DNA of 64,000 nucleotides from Candidatus Latescibacterota bacterium (GCA_965197905.1 CBDAOB010000005.1:1728001-1792000); one strand, 5' to 3'; counted from the first letter of the stretch, positions 48,560-58,799 are shown. Numbers and translations: made by a program. The notes: a model not told the origin generated them from the sequence alone.

Positions 48560-48580
48560 TGACCCAATCATGACCCAATC
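48560..48580. repeat. TGACCCAATC direct repeat, 11-bp period (possible integrase arm site)
   Basis: Exact 10-mers at 48560-48569 and 48571-48580. Confidence 0.6.
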
Positions 48581-48745
48581 GGCCGATTTTTTTTGATTAT
48601 TTTTCTTCAAGATACGTCTCCAAATGACGCACCCGCACTCGCATCAATCTCCGACGAGTACGGCAGGAATCTTCCCCGCTTTGGTACATCGCATGAATAG
48701 CGTACGTTACAGAAAACGAGCGCGAATTCAGAAGGGCAAACAGCA

Positions 48746-49789
48746 ATGCCGACCAAGACCCCACAGGAACTTCACAGCCTGGTCACGAGCATCCTCTTAG
48801 CCGTCGGCGCCACCGAGGCAAACGCTAGCCGTGTAGCTGAAGCCCTGGTCTCATCGCACCTGGCCGGCGTCGACCCTCACGGTGTCTTTCACCTTGCAGG
48901 ATACGTGCGCGACATCCGGGATGGCTACCTGGTGCCGACTGCCGTGCCGGAAATCGTTAGCGAGACAACCGCCACTGCGCTGGTCACAGGCAACTGGACC
49001 TTCGGCTTTGTGGCCGCCAAGTACGCCATGGAGCTGGCGATTCAAAAGGCCGAGAAGCAGGGGGTGTCGGTGGTAGGCATCGTGCGGTGCGGTCATATCG
49101 GCCGCCTGGGCGAGTACAACGAGATGGCCGCGGCTGAGGGTATGGTCTCCATGGTCTGGGCCGGCGGCTACTCCGAGGACCAGCAAACGACCATGCCCTA
49201 CGGGGGGCTAAAGCCCATATTGCACACCAATCCGCTATCCATGGGCTTCCCGGCAGGTGATGAGGTGCCGATGATTCTGGACTTCGCCACCACCGGCGTC
49301 AGCGGCTCCAAGGTCGTGCAGGCCAGGGACAGGGGCGAGAAGCTTCCCCCGGGCTGCATCGTCGACAAGGACGGCAATCCCACGACCAACCCCGAGGAGT
49401 TCTTTAACGGCGGCGGGCACCTGCCCTTTGGCGGGCACAAGGGTTACGCCATCATGCTTGCGGTGGAGACCCTCGGTCGGATCCTCACCGGCTCAGACTC
49501 CTATGCTGAGATTCATCGCGGCGGCTTATACAACCGCCACCAGGGTATAACCATAGTCGTCGTCAAGGCCGATGTCTTCCAGCCTCTGGGCGACTTCACC
49601 ACCCGAGTGGACGATTTGGAGCGCCGGATAAGGGCCGTGCCGCCGGCACCCGGTTTCAAGGAAGTCCTCGTCCCCGGAGACCTGGAGAGCCGCTCCCGAG
49701 AGGCCAGGCGTGACGGTATTCCCGTTCCCGACGACGTCTGGAAGGTGCTGACCGACCTTGCGACGGAGGTCGGCGTTCCGGCAGAGTAG
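48746..49789 (+). CDS. Ldh_2 (malate/L-lactate dehydrogenase type 2) family oxidoreductase
   Basis: GVDPHG, GHIGRLGEY, TNPL, LDFATT and PFGGHKGYA. Confidence 0.92.
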   Translation: MPTKTPQELHSLVTSILLAVGATEANASRVAEALVSSHLAGVDPHGVFHLAGYVRDIRDGYLVPTAVPEIVSETTATALVTGNWTFGFVAAKYAMELAIQKAEKQGVSVVGIVRCGHIGRLGEYNEMAAAEGMVSMVWAGGYSEDQQTTMPYGGLKPILHTNPLSMGFPAGDEVPMILDFATTGVSGSKVVQARDRGEKLPPGCIVDKDGNPTTNPEEFFNGGGHLPFGGHKGYAIMLAVETLGRILTGSDSYAEIHRGGLYNRHQGITIVVVKADVFQPLGDFTTRVDDLERRIRAVPPAPGFKEVLVPGDLESRSREARRDGIPVPDDVWKVLTDLATEVGVPAE

Positions 49790-49804
49790 AGCCCGCGGGG
49801 TATT

Positions 49805-49987
49805 GACGACCTGCTTCACGGCGACGAGAACAGGGTGGTGAAGGTGCCGATGGATATCGCCGAGCCCGTGGTGGAGCAGGCCAGGAAGGTACGGGAGACA
49901 GAGGCGAAGCTGTTCGAGTACCTGGGCAGCCAGTCCGTGACGCTTGAGGGGCTGAAAAGCCACGTCGGCCGTCCTACCAACGCTTGA
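49805..49987 (+). pseudogene. RraA-family protein C-terminal fragment
   Basis: DLLHGDENRVVKVPMDIAEPVVEQARKVRETE...*; no start codon or N-terminal part. Confidence 0.6.
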
Positions 49988-50034
49988 AGCGGCAGAATGG
50001 AGCGGTTGGACACGGTGCAAAGGGCGAAGAGGAG

Positions 50035-52266
50035 ATGGCGACCGCCAAAGTGAAACGCGTGGGCTCTACTGCGCAGAGATCAAAAGAGTTGGCCTATGAG
50101 AAGCGTGTCTGCCGGCTTGAGGACACCGGTTTCCTCTCCTGGTCCAAAAGGTCCGGACACGAGTCTTCCCTTGAAGACGATGTAGCTTTGCTCAGCGAAG
50201 TGGGCTTGGAGGTGCTCGTTGTAGGCACAGAGCTTTTTAAAGAGTTGCCTCATTTCAAGTCAGACCTGATTCCTCCGCCCCCGAATGCCGACTTGGATGT
50301 GATGCCAACGGGCCTGGAACTGCTGCACCAAAAGGGAATCCTGGTGCTCTCATACTATCCGATGAACTGGCCCTCGAAACCGCACAAAGCGACTCATCCC
50401 GAATGGGAGATGAAATATCTGGACGATGGCCGCCCGATACCGGAGAGCCACGGAGTGGTGTGTTTCAACTCTCCTTACCGTGACTGGCTGCCGGAGTATC
50501 TCAGCGAGTATCTCGACAACGTCGACGTGGACGGATTCTATTTTGACGACACGAACTGGGGCTCCCATCAGGGCGAATACCCTCAGATAGAAGGGTATCA
50601 CCTGCATCACTTCGTTTCCTGCTGCTGCCCATACTGCGAGAAGCTCTTCCGAGAAGAAACCGGGCTTGAAATCCCTCGGAAAGTAGACTTCGACTCTTTG
50701 GATTTCCGGCATTTCGTCAACTGGCGCTACTCAACGTTCAGGGGTTTTGTGCATCACGTTTTCCGTCGGGTCAAGGAAAGACACCCGGACGCCATTCTCG
50801 ACCTCAATTGCTACATGACGCAGGCTACGGATTGGGGACTAGGCCATCCGCTCGGCTCGCTTCATCTGGAGGATTTGGGCGGCCACTTTTTCGCGGAGTC
50901 GATAACTGGATCGCTACGCGAGATTTCCTTTGTCGGTAAGATTCTACGGGCAACCGGAACGCCGTTCGCCGTCTTTTGCAACAATGCGCAGACACTAAAG
51001 GGTTTTCGCGGTGCTCCCTATGCCGAACGGTATTCAGCAGCGGTGTTTTCTTTTGCGGCCATAGCCAACGGCGGTCACCCCTGTGGCGATCCCTTTGGTG
51101 GCATCTCGGTGCTACGCAAGGACACCATGAAATGGGTCTACGGCGAGCTCAAGAAGCGAAGAGACTACATACACGGTGAAACCGTCAAGTATATCGCCCT
51201 TCATCTGTCGCAACAGAACAGAGACTTTCGCCCCTCCGAGCTAGCCAAGAACACCGGCAGAATCCATCGCAGGCAGACGGCGCAAAAAGATACTCATGGC
51301 GCGTACGAGATGCTGAACAGGTCTCACCTCCTGCTGGACCTCGTGCTGGATGAGCGCCTCACCTACGAGCATCTATCGCAGTACCCAGTGATTTTTCTCT
51401 CCAATAGCGCCTGCCTCTCCGACCAGCAGTGTGAAGAGTTGAGGAAGGTCGTCAGGGCGGGCGGCACCCTCATCGCCACCCACGAGACTTCCCTTCTGGA
51501 CGAACTGGGTCAGAAGCGGGACGGATTCGCCCTCGCGGATGTTTTCGGAATAGACTATCAAGGCCCTTACGGCGGCGAAGATGGTCACAGCGTAGTGTAT
51601 GTCCCGCAGGAAAAGGAGCTGGCGAGTGAGTTAGGCGACGTCATCTGCTTCTTCGGACAGGGGTCGGCGGTCGAGCCGAGGCCTGATGCCGAGCTGCAAG
51701 TGTTGTGCACCCGAACCAGTTTGGTGAGTCTGCCGGGCAAAGACCTCCTGGAGTGTTTTGATCCGAAGAAAGAGTACGACTCTTCGGTGCCAACGGTGAC
51801 CGCGAATCGGTACGGCAAGGGTCAGGCTATCTACATCGCCGCGGATGTTGGTGGGGCCTACCTGAACAATCCGTACCCGCCTTTGAAACGGTTCATTGCC
51901 AGGCTGGTACAGCGAACGAATCCACCCCTGGAGATCGAGGCACCAGAAGCCATCGAAGTCACCGCTGCCATCAGAGACAGCGGTGAACTGATGATTCACC
52001 TGGTAAACAATCCCACGCCGCTGCTTCCTTGGCGCCGCGATGATGAGCAAGACGCAACCAAATGGGATGAATACAGGAGCAACTTTTTCGCGCTACAGGA
52101 GGTCAACTCGATTCACAACATTCGCGTGCGATTCAATGACTTCAAGGTCAAGTCCGCCAGGCTGCCGTTGCATGACGAGTACCTGGAGGTGACTGGAAAA
52201 CACCACAGCGTCGTGGTGCCAGAAATAGAGTTACACGAGGTACTTCTTGTCGATCTGGAAGATTAG
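50035..52266 (+). CDS. Putative glycoside hydrolase (GHL6-like TIM barrel + beta-galactosidase trimerisation/GATase-like domain)
   Basis: HPEW, CFNSPY, VDGFYFD, CCCPYC, LSNSACLSD and GGTLIATHETSL. Confidence 0.78.
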   Translation: MATAKVKRVGSTAQRSKELAYEKRVCRLEDTGFLSWSKRSGHESSLEDDVALLSEVGLEVLVVGTELFKELPHFKSDLIPPPPNADLDVMPTGLELLHQKGILVLSYYPMNWPSKPHKATHPEWEMKYLDDGRPIPESHGVVCFNSPYRDWLPEYLSEYLDNVDVDGFYFDDTNWGSHQGEYPQIEGYHLHHFVSCCCPYCEKLFREETGLEIPRKVDFDSLDFRHFVNWRYSTFRGFVHHVFRRVKERHPDAILDLNCYMTQATDWGLGHPLGSLHLEDLGGHFFAESITGSLREISFVGKILRATGTPFAVFCNNAQTLKGFRGAPYAERYSAAVFSFAAIANGGHPCGDPFGGISVLRKDTMKWVYGELKKRRDYIHGETVKYIALHLSQQNRDFRPSELAKNTGRIHRRQTAQKDTHGAYEMLNRSHLLLDLVLDERLTYEHLSQYPVIFLSNSACLSDQQCEELRKVVRAGGTLIATHETSLLDELGQKRDGFALADVFGIDYQGPYGGEDGHSVVYVPQEKELASELGDVICFFGQGSAVEPRPDAELQVLCTRTSLVSLPGKDLLECFDPKKEYDSSVPTVTANRYGKGQAIYIAADVGGAYLNNPYPPLKRFIARLVQRTNPPLEIEAPEAIEVTAAIRDSGELMIHLVNNPTPLLPWRRDDEQDATKWDEYRSNFFALQEVNSIHNIRVRFNDFKVKSARLPLHDEYLEVTGKHHSVVVPEIELHEVLLVDLED

Positions 52267-52417
52267 CTGAACCCTGAAGTCTCAGAGTTGCCTACGCTGC
52301 CCTACATCGTTATAGCATAGTTTTGGTTGGTGCCGAGTGACCCAGCTTCCCACATCCGAAACTGATCTGTTCGTCGTCGCAGATTAACAGCAAAACTGAG
52401 CACAGCGAAGGAGCGGG

Positions 52418-52720
52418 ATGACTTCACTGAAGATTGGCCTGTGCGTGGAAGGCCTCCGCATCGGGGTGGAAAACGGAATTCGCCCGTGTCGCCGAGTTGG
52501 GGCTGCCTGCGTGATGCGGAACACTGGTTGGACACGGCTCCAAACCCGCGTACGCGACCTGAAGCCCCGACGCCCGAGATGGTCGTGGCGGACCAAGAGA
52601 AGCTTCGCTCCCTGCCCTCATCGATAGCCAACGCTCGAGCCTACCACGCCCAGGCTCTGGGTGATGTGCCTTTGAGCACCCTTTGCTTCGGATTCACCTT
52701 GTCGAGATCGACCGTATTTC
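52418..52720 (+). pseudogene. Degenerate gene fragment (possibly a TIM-barrel sugar isomerase N-terminus)
   Basis: AAGGAG RBS then MTSLKIGLCVEGLRIGVENGIR; the frame breaks up afterwards. Confidence 0.3.
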
Positions 52721-52922
52721 GCCGCCGAAAACCCAGTCAAGAAACCGTTGACCCTGCCGCATCAAGTGAGTAAGGTCTGTTCACCATGTGCGGCCCGCGT
52801 GGCGGTCGATCCCGCCGTCGAAACGGACCGATGCCCGACGAAGCGAACGATTTCGATTTCACTCAACTGCCGAATTGGGAGGACCTGATTCGTCGGGGCT
52901 CCAACGAGATGACAGAGTGACC

Positions 52923-53981
52923 ATGAGCACCGAACCCGTCCACGACGCCAGTGCCTGGACGCCCGATCTGCTCGAGCGAGACCGGTCCTGGGAATTTTTC
53001 CTCAACGACGAGCAGCAGTCGACGCTCGCGCGGGCACTGCAGCAGGTCGGAGGGATGCCCTTTGAGCAGATCACCGCACGGGACTTTCCTCTACCTGGAC
53101 TGACTGAGACCCTCGACGGCGTACTGCACCAACTCCGCAGCGGGCGCGGCTTCGCGCTTCTGCACGGCTTTCCGACCTCCGGTTTCGAGCTGCCTCAGCT
53201 GGAGCGACTCTACTGGGGCATGTTCACCCACTTGGGCCGGGGGGTTACGCAGAATAGCGATGCCGGTCTAATACACTATGTGACCGACGGCAAGTTGAAG
53301 CCCCACCAGGGTACCCGCCCCGTCGGTGATCCGGGACCTGTAGAGCTCCACATGGACCTGTCCGATACGGTAGCCCTCTACTGTGTGCAGCAGGCGCCCG
53401 ACGATCCGCCCAGCGTCGTGTGCAGCTCGATGACGGTCTACAACGAAATCGTTCGGCAACACCCGGAATGGCTGCCGTGTCTCGAACGGGGGTTCATATG
53501 GGATCGCGCCGGCGAGGAGGCAGCCGGGGAGTCAGAGGTTTCCGACTATCGGGTTCCGGCCTTCAGCGAGGCAGAGGGTGTCGTCAGCTGCCGCTTCCAC
53601 GCAGAGTGGATTCGCAAGGGCCTGGCGCGCATCGACGCCGCGCTCAGTGATGAGGAGGAGATGATCTTCGACTTCATTCGCGACGTCAGCAACGCCAACT
53701 CCTTTGCCTTTCCGCTGCACGAGGGCGATATCGCCATCTGCAACAACTACACGGTCTGCCATGGGCGCGCTTCGCACGAGCCGATCGCCGACGAAGAGTG
53801 CAAGCGCATCCTGATGCGGATCTGGCTGGAGATGGACGACCTGCGACCGTACGCCGACGAAGCTCGCGTGCGGTATGGCGTGATTAGCCACGGCAGGCTC
53901 GGTTGGACGGCGGCCGATCTGCTGACGGGCAACCACGACCGGCCGCGACAGCGTCGGCCCGACGGCGCACCGCTAATCTGA
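52923..53981 (+). CDS. TauD/TfdA family dioxygenase
   Basis: ASAWT, GRGFALLHG, LHMD, NNYTVCHGR and RILMRIWL. Confidence 0.88.
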   Translation: MSTEPVHDASAWTPDLLERDRSWEFFLNDEQQSTLARALQQVGGMPFEQITARDFPLPGLTETLDGVLHQLRSGRGFALLHGFPTSGFELPQLERLYWGMFTHLGRGVTQNSDAGLIHYVTDGKLKPHQGTRPVGDPGPVELHMDLSDTVALYCVQQAPDDPPSVVCSSMTVYNEIVRQHPEWLPCLERGFIWDRAGEEAAGESEVSDYRVPAFSEAEGVVSCRFHAEWIRKGLARIDAALSDEEEMIFDFIRDVSNANSFAFPLHEGDIAICNNYTVCHGRASHEPIADEECKRILMRIWLEMDDLRPYADEARVRYGVISHGRLGWTAADLLTGNHDRPRQRRPDGAPLI

Positions 53982-54279
53982 AGAGCTGCAATGTCGAGCC
54001 GTCCGCTGGGAAGCCTGTTTTGCCGCTGCTTTGATAGCAGCATGTGCCTGCGGGACGGTGATCGGAGCGGAGGAGGCCACGGCCCCGACAAATCATACTA
54101 TTGAAGAATTAGGGACATGTCGCTCGTCGCCTAAATATGTAAACCACTTGGAACCGTGGCGTCGAGACCCCAGCTCGAAAGGCGGGCCATCGAGCCATGG
54201 GATATATGGTGAGTGAGCAACACCCTAGCCGACCGGGATATCGGCGGTGCAATACAAGGACGGGCGGTCAACACACACT

Positions 54280-55113
54280 ATGCGAAAGATCGCCGCCGAA
54301 CTCTACGGCGGGTCCCAATATGATTGTATCTGGTACCTCACCAACTGCGGCTTCGCGCTACGCCTGCATGGCAAGGTGATCTTTATTGATCCCGTACTCG
54401 CCGTAAGCAACCCGCATTACGAAGAGAACCGGCGTCGATTTGCTGATGGCGGCGACCTGCCACCCGAGTTGCGGCCGTACGCCGGAGATGACGTCTACAC
54501 CCAAGAAAACGAGATCCCCTTGGCCGCCGGCGATGTGGAACGGGTGGACTTGGTGCTTCTCTCCCATGCCGACAGCGACCATCTCGACGCCGAAAGTTTG
54601 CGGACGTTGGCGCCGTTGAAGCCGACCGTGCTGGCACCTGGCTATTGCCACGATGCCCTGCAGCGGGCTGGACTTGCCATCGGGTCGATTCGCGACGCCA
54701 AGTTCGGTGCCGACTTTCACTTCGATCAGCTCGAAGTGAAGGTTACCTACGCCAAACACCACACCGAGGGCGATTGCGGTTATCTGCTCGAAACCGGCTT
54801 GGGCAACATCTATTACCCCGGTGACACCAAGTTCGACCACCCGCACAAAGAGGAAATGTGCGCCCTAGATGTGGACTATCTGCTGCTTCCCATCAATGAC
54901 ACAAATATGGGCGTCGGTTTTGCAGCGCAACTCACGCAGATTCTGCAACCTCGTGTGGTAATCCCCTGCCATTTTGGATTCTTCTGGCCACCGATTCGCT
55001 CCCAGGGAGGGCATCCTGCCGAGTTCTTGACTGCCATCGCAGCGCGGGGCTACCGCCTTCCCGATACCGACATTGCTGTACTGAGACCAGGCGGCAAGGT
55101 GGTGTTGTGCTGA
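54280..55113 (+). CDS. MBL-fold metallo-hydrolase (UlaG-like)
   Basis: IFIDP, SHADSDH, YYPGDT and VIPCHF. Confidence 0.85.
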   Translation: MRKIAAELYGGSQYDCIWYLTNCGFALRLHGKVIFIDPVLAVSNPHYEENRRRFADGGDLPPELRPYAGDDVYTQENEIPLAAGDVERVDLVLLSHADSDHLDAESLRTLAPLKPTVLAPGYCHDALQRAGLAIGSIRDAKFGADFHFDQLEVKVTYAKHHTEGDCGYLLETGLGNIYYPGDTKFDHPHKEEMCALDVDYLLLPINDTNMGVGFAAQLTQILQPRVVIPCHFGFFWPPIRSQGGHPAEFLTAIAARGYRLPDTDIAVLRPGGKVVLC

Positions 55114-55470
55114 AAGAGGATGACAAATAGGCGATCTTTAGGATTTGAGCAATTGGAGCTACACGCCCCAGGTGCAGCTTGGTAGATCCCAGATCGTACT
55201 GGCAGCTATTCAGGACTTCTTGGATAGACCGGAGAAAGAGCAGCGGACAAACGGCTTTTCTGTGGGTAGCTCGGCCCATGGGCTTGATCATCGTCTTTTT
55301 TTGGCAATAATCGCCTTCGGATTTTCTACCGTTTCGGGCAGCCGATGGCTCCGGCAGAATGATGAACCTCGGCGTGCGGGTTAGACGGTCAAATACTTTG
55401 GTCAGGGCATCTGAGTTGGAAACCCGCAAGTTTTCGAGGATCCGACTAAGGCCCTCTAAGCCCGCAAGAT

Positions 55471-55498
55471 CAGGTTCGAGTCCTGCTCCACTCACCAC
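55471..55498 (+). repeat. Duplicated tRNA-Tyr 3' end (attR-like)
   Basis: 19-bp exact and 26/28 match to 48483-48510. Confidence 0.75.
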
Positions 55499-55501
55499 CA
55501 C

Positions 55502-55535
55502 AAAAAAGGGGCCGTTTCCGCAGAAACGGCCCCTT
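55502..55535. terminator. Bidirectional intrinsic terminator
   Basis: AAGGGGCCGTTTC-CGCA-GAAACGGCCCCTT with an A6 run on the left. Confidence 0.85.
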
Positions 55536-55557
55536 CCGCTTTCATATTTCGGGTTGT

Positions 55558-55773
55558 CTATTCGTTGCCTGGGGGAAGCGCCTGCTCGCCAGCCCTTCGG
55601 TTGGTAGGAGGATCGAGAAACGCCTCCGCTACTGCCTCCAGAATATTGTTCTCGTCGTAGTACCCTTCCTGCACCTTGCGTTTGATCCACAGTAACCGTT
55701 CCGCACGATTGCGCGGTAATCCCTGAGGATCCTGCAGGTGCTCCGGCAGGGTCTTGCTATTTTTGAACTTCAT
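55558..55773 (-). CDS. Small FlgM-like (anti-sigma) protein
   Basis: RAERLLWIKRKVQEGYY...VAEAFL resembles the FlgM C-terminal motif. Confidence 0.5.
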   Translation of the reverse strand: MKFKNSKTLPEHLQDPQGLPRNRAERLLWIKRKVQEGYYDENNILEAVAEAFLDPPTNRRAGEQALPPGNE

Positions 55774-55916
55774 GAAAAACCAGCGCCAAGCCTTATGGTA
55801 CTCTCCTATGGATACCCGATTGCGTTCTCCCTGGTGCTTGTTATGGATATCGGCACGATATTCGCATGTGGCCACCCGAAACTGCCGCATGTTGCATAAT
55901 TCCACGACCGACCTCA

Positions 55917-57098
55917 TCACCGCCGCCAGGCCTGTTTGATGGACTCGATTTTTGCCCGTTGCTCTCCCTCCAACCGGGTGGACGCTTCGAGGGCGAACGC
56001 CAGAAGAACGCTTATCACCAGGCTGACTGCAGCGGCCACGACAACCATGACGGTACGCCTCGGTGCGCTCCTCATGGCCGGTGGCATCGCCCTGTCCAAC
56101 ACCTGAATCGTAGGGGTGTTGAGCGCCTCCCGGTACCTTGCCTCTTCGTACTTGGCGCCCAAAAACCCGATGATCTGCTCTTTCAGCGTCATATCCAGGC
56201 TAAGCTGCGCGAATTCGAAGCCCAATTGTGGCAGTGACTTTAATGGAGGCCCCAAGGTTTCAAACGCCGAGCTTAGCGCCCCATCCCGTTTCACTTGCAT
56301 GTCGCCCCGCATTTTCAGCAGCTGCTCGTGCAAGGCGCTTACCTCAAGCTCTTTTACCTGGCGTTCCTGGTGTTCGCTGTCCAGGCTTTTGCTGAGGACG
56401 CTCAGCTCGACCTCCAACAAAGCCAGTTCCTGGACGATGGTCCGCATTACGTCTACGGTGGCGTTCGTCTGCGCCTTTATATCCACCAACCCGTGCTTCT
56501 TCTGGAATCGCTGAAGCGACAAACCCGCATCTCGCAGCTCTTCTTCGGTGGCCGCCAGTCGTTTTGCGAGGAACTCCCGCAAAGCGCGCGCCTGGCCGCT
56601 CTTGCGATCGCGGTTGACCGCGTCTATCTGCGAGGCGATCTCATTCGCTATGTCGGCTGCCAATTGGGCGCTGGAAGCAGTCACGTCGATGATTAGCGTG
56701 CCGTCCGCGGCCAACTCCTCGTCGACGCGATCATCGAGCATTTCGATGGCCACGTCGCGGTTGGGAGCACCGTATCCCTCGATCAATCCGAAACGATCGA
56801 CGACCGCACCCAGGACTCGGTTGCTTCCGAGAATGGTAACCAAACGCTCAGATGGAGTGGCTCCCACCAAACCCGTCAGATTGCTGGACAGAGCAGGTCC
56901 CAAGAGCACGGAGAGTCCCAACTGTTCGCTCTCTTCCGCGGGAGGCAGTAGGGTGGTTCTCGTCGTCCATGACTTCGGCAAGACAAGACTGATCACGGCG
57001 GTTGCGGCGGCGACCACAAGCACCGGCACAATAATGAGTCGGCGCCACTTAACGAGGACGTAGATGTAGTCGAGGAGGTTCCGTTCTTCCTGCTTCAT
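55917..57098 (-). CDS. Wzz/GumC-like polysaccharide co-polymerase
   Basis: N- and C-terminal TMs, coiled coil, QVLDRAMPP...SAPRR. Confidence 0.88.
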   Translation of the reverse strand: MKQEERNLLDYIYVLVKWRRLIIVPVLVVAAATAVISLVLPKSWTTRTTLLPPAEESEQLGLSVLLGPALSSNLTGLVGATPSERLVTILGSNRVLGAVVDRFGLIEGYGAPNRDVAIEMLDDRVDEELAADGTLIIDVTASSAQLAADIANEIASQIDAVNRDRKSGQARALREFLAKRLAATEEELRDAGLSLQRFQKKHGLVDIKAQTNATVDVMRTIVQELALLEVELSVLSKSLDSEHQERQVKELEVSALHEQLLKMRGDMQVKRDGALSSAFETLGPPLKSLPQLGFEFAQLSLDMTLKEQIIGFLGAKYEEARYREALNTPTIQVLDRAMPPAMRSAPRRTVMVVVAAAVSLVISVLLAFALEASTRLEGEQRAKIESIKQAWRR

Positions 57099-57104
57099 GA
57101 TAGG

Positions 57105-58799
57105 TTATTTGGTGATGGTTCCGACGAGCAGAACGACCGTTGTAACCTGGCCGACGACCGCCATGGTTTGTGTAAATATGGTCCAGTAGTCCCGCACCGG
57201 TTTCTCCTTGATCCAGATTCGGTCGCCCGGCTCGATTGCTTCCACGTCGTCCGCCCGTTCGATCTCACCTGTGCGCGCCTTGATGACGCGGACTTCCTTG
57301 GAGGCCCGCCAACCAAACCCACCGGCGCGCTCGATGTAATCCCAGACGCTGTACTCCGGATTGTAGATTACGGCTCCGGGCGAGGATGCCTGCCCACTCA
57401 CCATCACCATCTGCTGCAGCGGGGGCACAACGACCACATCGCCCGGTCGCAGTCGTATGTTCTGAGATGAATCTCCCCTTTCGAATAGGGAGGCAAAGTC
57501 GACAATCAACTGGCCCGGTCTCTCGCGGCTCTTCATGATGAAATACTGGTTCTCATCCTCGGTGCGATCGGCTACCGGTATGGTCCGGATGCGCTCGGCT
57601 TCGGGGTCCTCCAGCTCTTCCTCCCGCCCCAACGGTGTTCGAACCACCCTCGTTTCTGTGAGAGAGGCCTTGTCCGTAAAACCGCCTGCTCGCCCGATCA
57701 ATTCCGTCAGACTCAAGCCCTCTTCCCCAACGACGTAGTATCCTGGGTACACCACCTCACCGACAATTGTCACCACACTCGTGCGGTGATACTCCGGCAA
57801 TGGCCGGACGACGAGCCAGTCGTCCGGTTGCAGGGCAAGGTCGGCGTCCGGATCCCCGCTCAGGATGGCCTCCAGATCGATGGGGATCGCCTCCCGCATC
57901 ACCGTACTTGTGTACCTGAACAAGAAGGCATTCTTGCTGTCGTGATTTAGGGACGGTCCCATGGCCAGTTTGAGGAGATGAGAGATGCGGTCGCCGGCGA
58001 CGTATTCGTACACGTTGGGCCGCATTACCGCTTCGAATGCGGCCACCTGGCCCTGCCTGGGTGGCACGAGGATGATATCGCCGTCCTCGACGAACGGATC
58101 GAATCGGGATTCCCCGGTGGTTTGGAAAAGGACCAGATCCACGCGGTGCGACTCGACGTTATTCAGGCCTCCAAGATCGCCGGATATGGCCGCCTGCCGG
58201 ATCGACTCGACGTCGGCGATTTCAACAGTCCCGGTTTTCAGCAAGCGGATGTCGCGACGAGATCCTGTAGGTCGCAGCCCTCCCACCTTGCGGATCACGG
58301 CGCCGACCCGTTCGACCCCGGTGGCCAGGGCGATCCCCGGTTCCCCCACGAGCCCAACCACCGAAACTGGAAACTGCCTCGGTTTGCGCAGTTGTACGAC
58401 GATCTCTCCTACCTTGACCGTGCTTCTGAAAATGCGGTCGATCGCCTGGTGCGCTTGGCCTAGGCGCAGTCCTCCCACTTGGACCAGGCCAATCTTGGGA
58501 ATGAATAAACCGCCCTCTGCCAGAACTTCGCTGAACACGGGCTCTTCGGCACCCGGTACATAGACTAGAAACTCGTCGCCGGGACCCACGATGTAACGCC
58601 CGCTGGCCATTACCTGGCGGTAGGCCTCCATGCCGATATGTTCAGCGGGCAGGGCCGGCGGTTCAAGCGTTGTGATTTCAATCGCGTCTTTCTCGTCGCC
58701 CTCCTGTGCGTGCCCTGCGAGGCACGACCAACATACGAGCAGTGCGACGCCTACGATCGCAAGATGTGGAGCCACTACTCTACTCATCAACCAATTCAT
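57105..58799 (-). CDS. Polysaccharide export protein with SLBB domains (Wza/KpsD-like)
   Basis: YIVGPGD, GEVVYPGYY, AGGFT and IEPGDRI. Confidence 0.88.
   Translation of the reverse strand: MNWLMSRVVAPHLAIVGVALLVCWSCLAGHAQEGDEKDAIEITTLEPPALPAEHIGMEAYRQVMASGRYIVGPGDEFLVYVPGAEEPVFSEVLAEGGLFIPKIGLVQVGGLRLGQAHQAIDRIFRSTVKVGEIVVQLRKPRQFPVSVVGLVGEPGIALATGVERVGAVIRKVGGLRPTGSRRDIRLLKTGTVEIADVESIRQAAISGDLGGLNNVESHRVDLVLFQTTGESRFDPFVEDGDIILVPPRQGQVAAFEAVMRPNVYEYVAGDRISHLLKLAMGPSLNHDSKNAFLFRYTSTVMREAIPIDLEAILSGDPDADLALQPDDWLVVRPLPEYHRTSVVTIVGEVVYPGYYVVGEEGLSLTELIGRAGGFTDKASLTETRVVRTPLGREEELEDPEAERIRTIPVADRTEDENQYFIMKSRERPGQLIVDFASLFERGDSSQNIRLRPGDVVVVPPLQQMVMVSGQASSPGAVIYNPEYSVWDYIERAGGFGWRASKEVRVIKARTGEIERADDVEAIEPGDRIWIKEKPVRDYWTIFTQTMAVVGQVTTVVLLVGTITK

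Larger units (their letters stand above)
48483..55498. mobile_element. Integrase-less island between tRNA-Tyr and a duplicated tRNA 3' end
   Basis: CAGGTTCGAGTCCTGCTCC is exact at 48483-48501 and 55471-55489 (26/28 including ACCAC). The interior contains gene fragments. Confidence 0.65.

Noticed and set aside
55353..55487. 6S RNA or tmRNA assignment for the hairpin
   Set aside because: It lacks a clear central bubble and the usual zapA/ygfA context, and has no tmRNA 5' end or tag ORF. Left as an unassigned structure.
55413..55500. Amber-suppressor or pyrrolysine tRNA (GGAAACC...CTCTAA) that could read the TAG at 34861
   Set aside because: Placing CUA in a 7-nt loop leaves no paired anticodon stem. 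No pyl genes are in the window, and TAG terminates normal genes here.
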